Shown piece by piece: positions 36,452 through 50,045 of a stretch of 64,000 nt of DNA. This stretch comes from Chiloscyllium plagiosum (lineage: Eukaryota), in contig NW_025215357.1 of assembly GCF_004010195.1 (NCBI RefSeq), positions 1,486-65,485 on the forward strand, read 5' to 3'. Positions within the stretch are counted from its first letter, which is position 1. Every line of letters starts with the position of its first letter. The notes beneath the pieces are model-generated. The model was given only the letters and a program-made list of their open reading frames with translations. It was not told where the DNA came from and ran no database searches. The translations under genes and the position numbers were made by a program.

Positions 36452-38217
36452 CAACTGGCTGACCAGCCTCTTCTGTTTTAAGTTAAGGATAACAAAGTAA
36501 ATATTATCTTAACAATGGTAATTATGGATGCATCAAAGACTGTAATTCTCATTTTTACTCCAGGTTTTATGCTCCAATTTCCTTCCACAATTAAGCCCTA
36601 GCCATTGTTGTTTGTTTTATATAAAACTGTTCAGAAACAAGCAGATCCTTTTCCATTCAAAGCAAAATACTGTGGATGCTGGGAATCTGAACTATGGATG
36701 CTGAGAACCTGAACTAAAAGCAGGAAGTCTTGGACAAATGCAGTAAGTGATACTATCAATGATGTAATGAGTGAGAAGAGAATGAAGGCAAGGTTGTATT
36801 CATCGCTTGAATGCTAATCTGTCAGAATGGAGAAGTTCTAGTTCACTGGGACAAAAATCAGATTTCATAATGGACTGATAGAACAGACTGACAGATAATC
36901 CCCCAGACAGTGGAAGTGAGCATGATACCTGGTAGCTTTGCGCTTCCCTGTTGCTGATCCTGGAGGATGTCGACTTGTCCAAGAATGAGCCTCTGATAGG
37001 CTATCTGGATTCAATCTGCAGACTCTTACACTACAGAAAGAGACCATTGCATTTCCTTTTTGAACTTTATATTCCATCTTTGTTTAAAAGTTAGTGCACT
37101 GAAATTGCTTCCAATAACATTGCGGGCAGGGTATTCTGGATTAGAACCGTTCACTGTGTAAAACAAAACCAATTAATTTCTCTCTGGTCCTCTAGCCAAT
37201 CATTTTAAATCTTTGTCCATTGGGTACTCGGCCTCCCATGTGTGGAAGCAGTTTCTGCTTAGTAATGCTATCAAGTCTCTTTGTAGCTTTGAATGCCTCT
37301 ATTAAATCTTCTCATAATCTTCTTTACTCAAAGGAGAGTAATTTTAGCTACTCTAATCTTGTGACATGATTCTCGAATTGGTAAATCTCTGCATCTCCTC
37401 CAAGGCCTTGACAGCCTTCCTAAAGGATACTGTTTATAGTTGGTGTGAAAACATATCCCATGCCAGTGGTTGATAACATCAAGGATGCTGTCAGAGGAAG
37501 GGGTCATTGATAGACAATTAAGAGTGGCCCAAAGTGGGAGGGAAGCAACAGGTTTGCCAGAGATACATTTGAGTAAGTAATAATGGAAAACAAGCAAGCA
37601 CAATCCCATAGGGTGGTGGGTGACATTGATGAATGCGTGTATATTGAACTCTGACTTTAACAAGAACTTTGACAAGATCCCTCATGCCAGGTTACAAAGA
37701 ATGTGAAATCACATGGGATCTACAGCGAGCTGGTAAGATGGATACAGAACTAGCTTAGTGATAGACGACACAGAAAGAATAACAAAACACCATGGGTCAT
37801 AGTAACCTAGGTTTTAAGTTTGACTAGGGACACATTGATACTCTGAAAAGAATGGAAGCTGCACTAAAGGGATCCAGACAGGAAATTTTGAGGAAGAGGT
37901 GGACATGGAGCTGGAAGTGTCAAGGATCTTCATGAAGACTACGTTTTTTGGCAGCAGGCAGTATTTCCCGCTGTACATGGCTTTTAGTGACAGCAAAATG
38001 TTATATGCTGTGGAATTAAAACCAAAACATGCATGCTTGATTATTCAGCTACTGAGTGTGCAAAAATCACAATTGTGGAATAAAACAAAATTCTGAAAAT
38101 GGGAATAAGCTGTTCATTATCTGACAAAATATATTGAACATTTAAGTTCGGTTTCTTTAACAGTTACGTTGAAGTATCTTACACAAGGTGAGAAATCTTT
38201 ATTTCAGATGCTAACTA

Positions 38218-40310
38218 GCCAATGTTAGTCCTTTGTTTAAGGAGGGCAAGAGGGATAATCTGGGAAATTATAGGGCAGTGAGCTTTATGACAGTGATAAG
38301 GAAATTATTGGAGAAGATTCTTAGAGACAGGATTACTCGCATTTGGAAAAGTATGGAGTTATTAGCGATAGGCAGCACACCTTTTTGCAAGGGATATCAT
38401 GTCTCACAAACTTGACTGAGTTATTGCAGAAAGTGACAAAGGTGATTGATGATGAGGGCAGGTTGGTGGATAATGTCTACATGGTCTTTAACAAGAACTT
38501 TGACAAAGTCCCTCATGCCAGGTTATACAGAACGTGAAGTCACATGGGATCTACAGTGAGTTGGTAAGATGGACACAAAAGTGGCTTAGTCATAGAAGAC
38601 ACAGTGGTGGTGAAAAGGTGTTTTTCTGAAGGGAGATGATCAGTGATCACTGAAGGGGATCAGTGATCAGTTCTGGGACCCCTGATGTTTAAGAGCAAAG
38701 AACATTACAGCACAGGAACTTCGGCAATTCAAACCTGCGCCAACACACTTTGCCCTTCCCTTTTAAAACTGTCTTTACTTACAGCATCCTTATCCCTCTA
38801 TTCTCTTCCTATTCCTGTATCCGTCCAGGTGCTTTCTGAACGCTGCTGTTGTGTCTGCTTCCACCACCTCCTTTGGCAGTGCATTCCAGGCATTCTCTAC
38901 CCTTTGTGTAAAAGATGTGCCTTGGACATCTCTGTTAAACTTGCCCTACCACACCTTGAACCCATCCATTGACTCTCCATCCCGGAAAAAAAGTCTCATA
39001 CTTTCCACTCCATCCATGCCATTCACAATCTTATAAACTTCTATCAGGTCGCTCCTCAACCTCCTGCATTCCTCCAAACCCAGTCTAGCCAAACTTTCTT
39101 CATAGCTAAAATCCCCCATATCAGGCAACATCTTGGTAAATCTTTGCTGTACTCTCTCCAAAGCATTCACATCATTCTGGCAATGTGGTGATCAGAACTG
39201 TACACAATATTGCAAGCGTGGCCTAACTAAAGTTCGATAAAGCTGCAGCATAACTTGTCTATCCTTATACTTGACTATCTCTTCCAATGAAGACAAGCAT
39301 GCCATAAGCCTTTTCTTAACTACTTTATCTATCTCCACTGCCACCTTCAGTGGTCTGTGGATTTGCACACCCTTTTTTTGGAAGAGAATGTAGGTATTCT
39401 GATTAGTAAGTTTCATAAGTAACACAAAGATTGGGGTGCTGTGGATAGAAAGGAAGATTGCCAGAGGATATAGATAGGGTGGAGACATGGGAGGAGAAAT
39501 GGTAGATGGAGTTTAATCTGGACATATATGAGGTGATGCATTTTGGACGATCTAATGCAGGAGGGCGGTATACATTACATCACAAACCCCTGAGAAACAT
39601 TACACAGGGATCTTAGCATACAGGTCCATAGTTCCCTGAAAGTGGCAACACAAGTGGGTAAGATGGTCAAGAAGGCATATGGCTTGCTTCATCGGACAGG
39701 GCACAGAGTATAAAAATTGGCAATTCATATTCCAGCTGTTTGGAACTTTAGTTTGGCCACATTTGCAAAATTGTGATGAATTCTAGTCACCTCACTACCA
39801 GAAGAACATGGAAGATTTGGAGAGGGTGCAGAAACAATTTACCAGGATGTTGTTTGGAGCGTATTAGCTATGAGGAAAGGTTGGACAAACTTAATTGATT
39901 TTCGCTTGAATGTCAGGATGAGGGGCAACCTGATAAAAGTCTATAAAGTTGTGAGATGCATTGATAGAATGGATAGTCGGAGTCACTTTCCCAGGATAGA
40001 AATGTCAATTACTAGGGGACATAGGTTTAAGGTAAAAGGGATAAAATATAAATGAAGTGAGAGAGGCAAGTTTTTACACAGAAGGTGGTAAGAACCCTGG
40101 AATGGACTGTCAGAGGCAGTAGTAGAAGCAGATACATTGGCAATGTTTAAGAGGCATCTTGATAGATACATGAATAGGCAGGGAATAGAGGGATAGGGAC
40201 CACGTACAGACAGAACTTATTTTAATTTAGAGAGGCATTATGTATCAACGCAGCCGTGGTGGGCTGAAGGGCCTATTCCTGTGCTGTACTGTTCTTTGTT
40301 CTTTGCTCTT
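38218..40310 (+). mobile_element. CR1 LINE (RT to 3' end) split by a nested antisense CR1
   Basis: ORF 38233-38415 (GNYRAVSF), ORF 38343-38537, resumption near 39380, ORF 39870-40055 and (gttcttt)n tail. Confidence 0.85.
38691..39372 (-). mobile_element. Nested CR1 LINE 3' end
   Basis: ORFs 38946-39170 (ALERVQQRFTKMLP) and 39192-39488 (LYRTLVRPRLQYCVQF). Confidence 0.9.
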
Positions 40311-40883
40311 CTTTGCTCAGGATAGGAAGCATTTTCTCCTTAAAATTCAGTCCTTGCTTTTATTCCAGATATTATTGTGATAAAATTAGACATTAAGTCG
40401 AGATTCATGAAGGAATATTGTAATTAAATCTGTTAGTTGTACATTGAACAAGTGTTTTATCTCATTGCTATATCTATTCTTTGCTCTTTGTTGTATGACT
40501 TAGTCATTTAATCTCCCTTTTCGTAAAAATCATCTCTTCTGTTCTTTTATCTGCAATGACATTTAATCCAGCACATTCCAAGATTGCTTCAGTTTTAAAG
40601 AAATTATTTTCAACTCAAAATGTTAATTCTGTTTTTCCCTCACTGTAATGTTGCCTGACTTGCTGAGTGTTTGGGCACTTTCTGTTTTTGTTTCAGATTC
40701 CGAGAGCATTATGCTTTTATTGCCAATAATTATTGTCCAAGATAGTGCTGTAATTGTAATGCTTGTGGTAAACTCAACAAAAAAAAATGATTGTTCCTAA
40801 AGGTCATTGAATCAATATATTAGCAGGAAAATTAATTATCAACAGGAAAATGTTGTAATGCGGTTTATGCCACACTTTGGTGT

Positions 40884-41194
40884 GCGGCATGGTGGCACAG
40901 TGGTTAGCACTGCTGCCTCACAGCGCCGGAGATCTGGGTTCAATTCCCACCTCAGGCGATTGACTGTGTGGAGTTTGCACGTTCTCCCCGTGTCTGCGTG
41001 GGTTTCCTCCGGGTGCTCCGGTTTCCTCCCACAGTCCAAAGATGTGCAGGTCAGGTGAATTGGCCATGCTAAATTGCCCATAGTGTTAGGTAAGGGGTAA
41101 ATGTAGAGGTATGGGTGAGTTGCGCTTCGGCGGGTCGGTGTGGACTTGTTGGGCCGAAGGGCCTGTTTCCACACTGTAATGTAATCTAATCTAA
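40884..41194 (+). mobile_element. Full-length HE1-type elasmobranch SINE
   Basis: A box tggcacagtgg, B box ggttcaattcc, conserved core gtctgcgtgggtttcctccgggtgctccggtttcctccc, (taatc)n tail. Confidence 0.95.
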
Positions 41195-44100
41195 ATACTA
41201 CACAGTAGATTCCACCATGCAAACATCCTTGTGATGTACATTAAATCTTCAGGGACAAAAGTATTAGGGTGTGCAGACAATATGATGTATATCCACTTTT
41301 CAGTTCATAATCTGAGTTTTGTTAAGCAAGAAACATTTTTTAATAAAAATAATATGGAATTCAGAGGGAAATGTCTTTTAAGGGGAAATGGTTTTGGTAT
41401 TCTGTTTAGGGGGAAATGATTTTGGTATTCTGCCTAGCAGGAATGCTCAGTAAGGACTCAGGGGATTGACAGAATCCAAGATTTAACCATCTGTTTAGCT
41501 TGTTGCACTGACCATTTACCCTGTGGCAAATTATCCCTGAGAAAACTGCTCGCAAGCTTGATATAGTAAAGGTCAATCTCAAAGAGTTTAACAACTGACT
41601 CCCAAAGGATTTGGTCTCTCTGCCAAGATTTCGTATTTATTTATAAACAATGTTTTCCAACGTACATAAAAAAATCACTGCAAATTTATGATGGGGTCAT
41701 GGAAATATTGGCTAATTAAAGTAATAGTTGGAACAAACTGTAACAAGCTGTAGATTGCTGAGAGCTTCCTTCCTGAAATTCTTTATCTGATAGATTTTTC
41801 TACAGGTTTACCACTACAATTCAAAGCATGTCCAACATGCCCCAGTTATTGGTCAAAGTTATTATAAAATAAGTGAATGTTTGGCATATATTGAATAATG
41901 TGCTGTAGATAGGCCTGTTTGGTACTCATGCTAATGTTCTTTAAAGTTGCACAAATCATTGCTAGATTCATCGCTCATTGGAGACCTGTACCCCAACATT
42001 ATGTTTACAGCTGAAAATGCTCCAACAAATAAGATGCGGCTTTGAAACAAGGTGATGAGCAGAAGACTTCTAGAGGTTCAGAAGGTAGTTAGGAAATAGG
42101 TAGAGATAAGTGATTCTGGAGGGTTACTTTAAATTAACTATGACAACAAGAACAAATGATGCCCCCAGTACAATATGTTTTATCGAAGTCTCAGCGATGA
42201 CAATAGTAGCAGCTAGATTTTGAAGTCAATGACAAAATAATGGCACTACACCTAATCCTAGAGAAAGCTCCCCAGGCATAATCTATAGATCTCTAGGGCA
42301 TGGATTTCATCTTTCCCACTGGATGTTAATTTGACTGTATTCCCAACTATAGGAGTTCCTGGTATTCAGCAACTGTGATTTTATCAAGTCGGCCAAGCTG
42401 CCAACCATATTGAGGAATTCTTACAAAGCAAAAACTAGGTACTGCAATATTTTAAATATCCTTCATGTTATAACCATTTTAAAGAGATAAAGATTGTGAC
42501 ATTTGCATGGGATTGTGGTTGAAGTTGCAAGTTTCTTTAATAGATGAAATTATATTAGAATATGTATCATCATGAAAAAATTAACATGCCTCAAAATTTA
42601 ATCTGAATAAATAAAATGTGAAACAAAGAAGTTTCTGGATCTTTCTTCTTAGCACCATTTTTGGTGCAGTTACAACACATAGACTGTGGCAGTTCAAGGT
42701 GACAACTCACTGTCATCTTCCCAAGGCCAGTTCGAATGGACAATAAATACTGATATTGCTAGCAATGCTCACAGTCAAGGACAAAGACAAGAGCTTAGAT
42801 TTTTAGGTTGGAGAGATTGTTTAAAATTTATTAATGTTATCAGATCATGATAATATTACACTTTTGGGAACCCAGTTACAAGTCATTCAACAAACTATAA
42901 CTTTTGCAAGGATTTTTATAGAGAGATTAATAGCAAAAACATTGAAGTCTTCCAGCTGGGGGAGCGTTTATCAGTGGACCCTGTGGAAGAGTGAGGAATC
43001 ACTGCCAACAATCTCTGGAATTCTACATTCTGGTGTACACGTGCTGACGGAAGAAGTTGTGGTCAATTTCACAATGGCAATAACAGCGAATGCTAATAGT
43101 TTCTTTATCATTACAACTAGATCATCCAGACTGAATGTTTGTTTTATTTTATAAGATTAAATTCCATGATTAGGTAAAAACAGAATATCTTAGCATGTCT
43201 GGCAAAATCTGTAGAGAGGAAAGTCAAGTTAACGGGCAGGAATTTTCCATAGGTTTTGGGACTGGACACAGGCATTGAATGTCCCAAACACAAACCTGCT
43301 GTCAGAGTGACCAACTCAAGAGGGATGGAAGGAGATATATGAAGTTGGCATAGGGGTATAAAGGGCCATGGGAAATGTATGGAAGACATTTGATTGCAAG
43401 AGTTGGCATGAGTGACACAGCGGTGTAGAGGTGAGGGTAGTGATGAAGGAGTGTGAGTGATGAAGGCTGGAAGAAAGTTTTGTATTTCTCCTCCTTTGAC
43501 GAGGTATGGTATCCCTTTGTGTTGGTGGATGTTAAGCAACCTCTGAGAAAAAAGGCACCCTCTGTGGAAAGCCATGCTTAAAAAAGTTCATAAACTTATT
43601 GGGACTATCAAAACTTTCCAGGAACAGTCCAAATGAAAATCAATGGTGTTTAGCAAAATATCGAGTATTTCAGGGCATCTGTTCATACAAAACCATTAGG
43701 GGATTTGTGCTGCATGACTGTTTTCCCAAGCTGTCATTTTCACAATGGAGTGCCGATAAAATGAGCATTTTGAGTGCCAACTCCAATTGTTAATTCAATG
43801 GAAAGTTTGTTGACATAGGGAATTGAAAACGAGAGTAACACAGTTAAGAGAAATGTTTGTTTTCATAAAGGAATTAGTTGAATGAATTTCAATGCATTGA
43901 CTTTCTTGTTACAATGAGAGGTCTTTTTTCCCATAATGACACATCAGTAGAAACTGTCAACATAGTTCCTGTGGTTTGCTCATGATCAATACTTGGTGAT
44001 CTGGTGAGGAAGGATAAAGGGTGATAGGATAGGAAGTAAGAAGTGCTAGGATGATTGGTAGATGATCATAGAGGCTATAAAGGGCTGGGAGAATGGGAAT

Positions 44101-46059
44101 GGTCATAGCTTGGCGTAGGGACTATAAAGAATGTAGGGTAAGGACACATGGACCTTGGACGGCACGAGAATATGAGGGACAAATAGAGATGGGTAGTGGA
44201 ATATAAAATGGAATGGATGGGATGTACGAAGGGTGTGGGTTGAGGGTGAGGGAGTAGGAGAGATATTTTATCTTTTAATATTTAAAAGCGCCAAGACAGA
44301 TTTTCTGTGGAGTCTGGCCTTGGGAACTGACAGCTTCGAAAGGCTGTTTCTGAGCTTCCTTCAGAAAGAGATTACAGCAGGACAAGCAAACTTAAAGAAT
44401 GTGTTGTGAGGAAGTGTAAATGGGAATAAGCAAAGTTAGCATCGACAGCACAGTCTGAAAAAAGTGGAGCAAATGGTATGGTCTGAAATTGTTGAACTTT
44501 GCGATGAAGTCTGTAAAAGGCTTAAGTTGAAATATGGGATTCTGTTCCTTGAACGAATGTTGAGGTTTATTGGATCACTGCAGGAAGCTAAGGACAGAAG
44601 GCTCAGAATGAAAGTAGAGTGAAGAATGAAGATGACAGATGATTGGAAGCTGCTGATTGGATGAAGGTATTTGACCAAGTGACAGCCGATCTACATTGGG
44701 TCTCCTGAATATAGGGGAGCCTGTAATGTAAGTATATGAAATGAAAGAAGTGCCAATAAATCACTGCTTTGTTCCTTTGGAAGTATTCCACTGGACGGCT
44801 GAAGAAATTTGGCATTAGCATTTTATCCTTCATCTTGATATGTTACTTTTTGGCAGAAATACTGAATACATTTTCTTTACGATTAGTTTATATGCTTGCT
44901 AATTTAAAAGCTCATAAATTAATCTCATTTGAGTCAGTCAAAATCTAAATGTTATTTCTGTCATGTTACCCAAATAGTCAATGGAAACTGCTCTTTTAAA
45001 CAACATTAAAACTGAGTTTAGAGCAATTGTTTTCAAAAAAAGGTCTTGCAAGACTGATTTGAAGTAGGATTAGCATGATTAAAATGGAGTGAAACTAGTT
45101 TGGAAGAAACAGATTGTTTAAATGTGAGCCAAGTAAGTCCTGATTTCCACCTGCAGCTAACAATGTCATGATAGCTTGTTTCCTAATATTATTTTAGAAT
45201 GCTCTGAGTCAAGGTGAGTGACCTTTGTGTTGGAAAATGGAACACATTCCCATGCATGGTTAGCATCAAGTCCCTCCAAGGCAAGTGTAATAACAGGTAG
45301 ATACAGAGTATAGTTGCTACTGCAAGCTCACACAATGTCTTTACCCAGTTTCAGAAAATAAGGTCTATTGTACAATGCAACATTTTGCTGTTTTCATCCT
45401 GTTAAAACCTTCCTCTTGCAATACTAGAGGATGCTACAGGAAAATGATAAAAAGAATTAGCAAACATATATTACTAGCCACATCATTAATGAAGCTTCCA
45501 AGCGGCAGGAACCAGAATAAGGCAGAAAGCAAAACGCTGAGAGTTATGCAATAGGCTCTCTCACTGCAAACCATATTTTATGCATTACATTAACAGACAA
45601 TGAAGGTTGAATCTACCTTTAGAATTGTTTGGTTAAAATAGATATTTATTAATAAAGGTTGAATTAAAAGAGAAGAAAAGGTCCACCTTGTTGGTGTTAT
45701 CTGTAAAATTCTGATTTGAATACTTGGTAGATTACTGTATAAAACACATAATTTTTAAATTTGCTCATGGGTTTGGGTATTGCTGGTAATGCTAGCATTA
45801 TGCTAACTGTCCCAGAGAAGGTAGTGGTGAGCTGCCTTACTGAACCACTGCTGTTCATGGAGTGAGGGTCACAGTCAAGCAAAAGCTATTACACCTGCGA
45901 TAAACTGAGTTATTTGGTTTTATCACAATGCATTTGGAGACACTGATGAGATAAGGAATGGATCTTGTGCTTTTAAAAGATAGAAGCATGACAAGTTTGC
46001 ATAGCATTCCTCAAACTGGTACCTCATAGAAGAATTGCCTCTCGGAAGCTTTTCCAGTA

Positions 46060-46460
46060 CAGTTACAAGCTGGCATTTGTCCGACAATGCAGAAGATTGC
46101 CTAGATATGTTCTATACACAAAAATCAAGATATATCTAGCCTGACCAAATACTGCCCCATTAGGCTACTCTCAATCATCAAAGTGATGGAAGGTGTCATC
46201 AACAGTGACATCAAGCAGCACCTGCTCAGCAATAATCTGATGCCCATGGGTTCCTCACTTGGGAATATGTTGCTATACCGTCACAGTTACTAGGTTAAAA
46301 TTCTGGAATTCCATCTCTAAGGGCTTTGGGGGTCAACCTATAGCACATGAACTGCAGTGGTTCAAGAAGATAGCTCACCACCATGTTCTCAAGAACAACC
46401 CAAGAGGGGAAATAAATGTTGGCCAGGCAGCGATGCCAATGTCCCACAAGTGAACTTAAA
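46060..46460 (+). mobile_element. LINE RT/3' fragment with internal deletion (CR1/L2 group)
   Basis: aaagtgatggaaggtgtcatc...ctcagcaata followed by the shared 3' tail; similar to 58530-59040. Confidence 0.65.
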
Positions 46461-47825
46461 AAATACAATACTGAACAGAAGAACAGGACAAGAATGCACT
46501 GCCTATCCCCTGTCATTGTCAACATTGAGAGTGTTACAGGAAGTGTGCTACAGCAATTGTAGTCATAAAATAATACTTATGACTGTGACTTTCATTGACA
46601 TTTCAAAGGAAGTAGAAGAAAACCATGAATTTTTCCAGGGGCAGCTGAAATGTTGTCAGCGGGGCTGAAAGGGGGAAGCAGGCACACTTCAGGGGCTCGA
46701 GGAAGCTAGAAGATATTTTTGCCAACGACAGCCAAATAGCTAGCTGTAGCCAGGATTGCCATCCAATAAAGAATGAGGGGCCGCCTCCTGGCGGGACTGA
46801 CCCATCAACTTATTGGTAGCTCTGCAGGTGGGGATCATTGCTGAGGCTCAGGGAAGGAGCGCCTCATTGGTGAGGCTCACTCTAAGAGCCGGTAAGTGAG
46901 AAAATACAATCCTATAGGTTGGATTGTTATTGATAACACTTAGTGTTCACTTCTTGATTCTGACAATCATGTGTTAATTTCAGTACTATTTTTCTAGTAA
47001 CACGGGCGTGCAACGATAAGCACTTTAAATTGCAGTTGCTTTCTGATACAGTCTTGTCATTTTTAAAAAAACTACAAATAGATTCTGTAATTGAATTCAA
47101 CCTTTTCATGTTGCTCAATCATACGGCATGTGCTGTGGGTTTAAAACCTTGGAAATGTAATTAGAAAAGCTTAGTTGATAATAATGCAGCTGTGGTTGCT
47201 TTCTGTCATGTCTTAATTTGTTTACATTATATTACAGTTGTCTTCCAATTACAAATATTAAAATAATGCATTATACCTTTTAGTAGTGACCTCGTAAAAA
47301 GCTTATGCACAATTTAATGCAAACAAGCACTTTTCCTTTGAAGGACAATTATCCTTCACCAGTTGCTTGGTTAAGGACTCAGTGCAATTCTGAAAAACAA
47401 GCATCCCCTTCCTGTTGGACTCTAGCACACAACAATTGCGTCAGCACAGATACTGTTTTTAATGAAAAACCCAAAAATATCTCAGATTTAAATCCCTGGG
47501 AAAAAAAAATATAACCTCAAGGCCAGCCATTGCATTATTTAGTTGCTTATTTAACTTTTACTACAGAAACATGTCTCAGTCATTGTAAGTGAAATTCATA
47601 AAGCTCAGCAAAGGTTTATTGCTGCTTAGCCACATTGCTAACATGATGCTGTCAAACTGTGACCAGGCTTTTCGTATGTGTTCTAATTTTCCTATTCTTT
47701 TCATTCAAGTGCTTAATTTTTTTTGTGCATCACAAGTATGTAAAAAATTAATTTGTTGAGATATAATCTATAAGGAAATACAATTTATTAAATGTGACCT
47801 GAACACCTTAAGACTTGTTAAATGC

Positions 47826-47965
47826 TGAGGAATGCTACCCTGGTGTACACACAATACTTAACTCTCATGTAACATCACAAAGACAGATTATACAGTCCAT
47901 ATCTCATTGCTGTTCATGGGAGTCTGTGGTGTACAAATTAGCTGTCACATCTTCCCACTATAATA
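47826..47965 (+). mobile_element. Deu-domain SINE fragment
   Basis: cagattat...ctcattgctgttcatgggagtctgtggtgtacaaattagctg, similar to 787-1190. Confidence 0.55.
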
Positions 47966-49389
47966 AAAACTTAGATTTATGTTGTGCCAAGGCATTTTGC
48001 AAGATTGTTAATAGATCAAACTTAACAACAAGACACATAGGAAATTATTAGATCTGATGACCAAAAGACAGTACAATGACATCGGGTAGATTTTAAGGAG
48101 CTTGTTTAAGAAGGAAAGTGTTGTTGTGAGGTGGACATGTGTAGCAAGAATTCAAAGGTCATAGCATTTGAAGCACTGCTGCTTGTCATTGAGCGATTAA
48201 AATGGTAGTTGCACGAGGCCAGAATTGGAAGCTCATATATCACAGAGGGTTGTGGGATTGGATGAGAAAACAAATATAGAGAGAAGCAAGGCTGTGGAAG
48301 GACCTGAAATTAAGGATGACCATTTTAAAATCGAGGTTTCACCGAATCATTAGTTGATGTATGCCAGTGAGGGTAACGCTGATAGTGAGATCACAAAAGG
48401 CACTATGTAAGTGCAAATTCTTCATGTTTAGAACTATATTGCATGAAGAACCGTAAAGCAGCTGATATCAATGAACAGGCTATGTGACTGGACTGTTGTA
48501 AGTTTGCATCCATTTTGTAATGCAACATTTACAATTATTACAATTAGTAAAAGTTTATGCAATAAAGTTAATACATATCCCTTACAACTGAAACAGGTCA
48601 TTCAGCCCAATGGCACATACTGGTGTCTATGTTGCACCAAAGACTTCAACCACCCATGCTGCAACTAATATCATCAGCATATTCCTTTCTCCCTCAAGCA
48701 TTTATCCAGCTTTTTAGCAATCAAAGCTTTTTGCCTCAACTGTTTCTTGCAGAAAAGAATGCCATAATCGCACTACACTGCAGGTAGAAAAGTTGAATTT
48801 GCTTTTGGATTTCATTTTGCCTGTCTTATATCAATAGCCCCTAGATATGGTTGATCAATATCCACTGAATCACTTATAGAGAAAAAAACCTCAGGCTCTT
48901 CAATCTCTGCTGGTTGGTTTAATCTCTTCTTCTCGTCAGGTCTTTTTATATCTTCTCTGCTGCTTCTATGCTCTTTTTATAATTTGGCAGCCTGAACAGT
49001 TCACAGTACAAATACCTAAACAATTTACGATGTATATTTAACATGACTTTTCTCCTTTTCGATTGTTAACCTAGAAATGAAACTGTTTCGCTTTTTTTCT
49101 GCTTTGATTATAGCCTTATTAACAGTGTTGTTACTTTTACTGATTTCTGTGCCTTACCCCACACATTTCTGTTTTACCACCTCATTTAGTCTTGTATTTT
49201 TCCTTATATTTCATACCAAAAACTAGTACTTGTCTCTTACCTATATTGAGTTAAGGTCATTTGCAAACGACATGCACATTTTACATCTTTTTTTCATGTA
49301 TATTTTGTCCTAGTTCGCCTCCCTATTAATTATGAACTTAGATGGTATCATTCATTAATTTTAAAATTGCAGTGATACTTGGGAATGTC

Positions 49390-50045
49390 ACAACTTAGGG
49401 TATTTGGGGGTTCTTGTGCATGAATCACAAAAAGGTAGTGCTAAATTCAGTGGGTTATAGGGACAATAACTGGCATGCTGACCTTTATTTCAAAGGGAAT
49501 GGAGCTTAAAAGTGGGGAGGCTTTGCTAAAACTATCTCAGACTTTATCCAAGGAGAGATATACAGGCATCAACGGCAACAGAGAAGGTTCATGAGGTTGA
49601 TCCTGAGTATGGAGGGATTGTTTTATGATGAAAGATTGAGTGAATTGGGTTTGTATAGATTGGTGTTTAGACCAATGCGAGGCAAGTTTATTAAAACATA
49701 TGAGATTCTATGGGGCTAAACAGGGTGGATATGGAGATGTTGGTTCTACTTATGGGGGAGTCATAGACATGAGGGCATAATCTCAGAGTTAAAGATCTCC
49801 CATTGAGGACAGAGATTAGGAGGAATGATTTTCTGTCAGAGTGGAGTGATTCCGTGCAATTTTTTGGGCTGGGTTCTTAAGTATATTCATGTCAGATAGA
49901 CAGCTCTTTACTCAGCAAGTGAATTCAGAGTTATGGGGAGAAGCAGGAATGTGGGATTGACAGTTCTCAGATCAGCTGCAATATTATTGAATACTGGAGC
50001 AGGTCAATGGACAAAATGGCCTACCTCTGCTTCTACGTATTATAA
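49390..50045 (+). mobile_element. Old CR1 LINE 3' end
   Basis: Colinear similarity to 10482-11091, including the terminal aatggcctacctctgcttcta. Confidence 0.75.

Noticed and set aside
40884..40960. tRNA gene
   Set aside because: The A and B boxes belong to the head of an HE1 SINE; the SINE body and tail follow.
46820..46897. Possible exon ending ccg|gtaagt
   Set aside because: The acceptor is weak, the region looks like a degenerate repeat, and there is no similarity to HIF-alpha.
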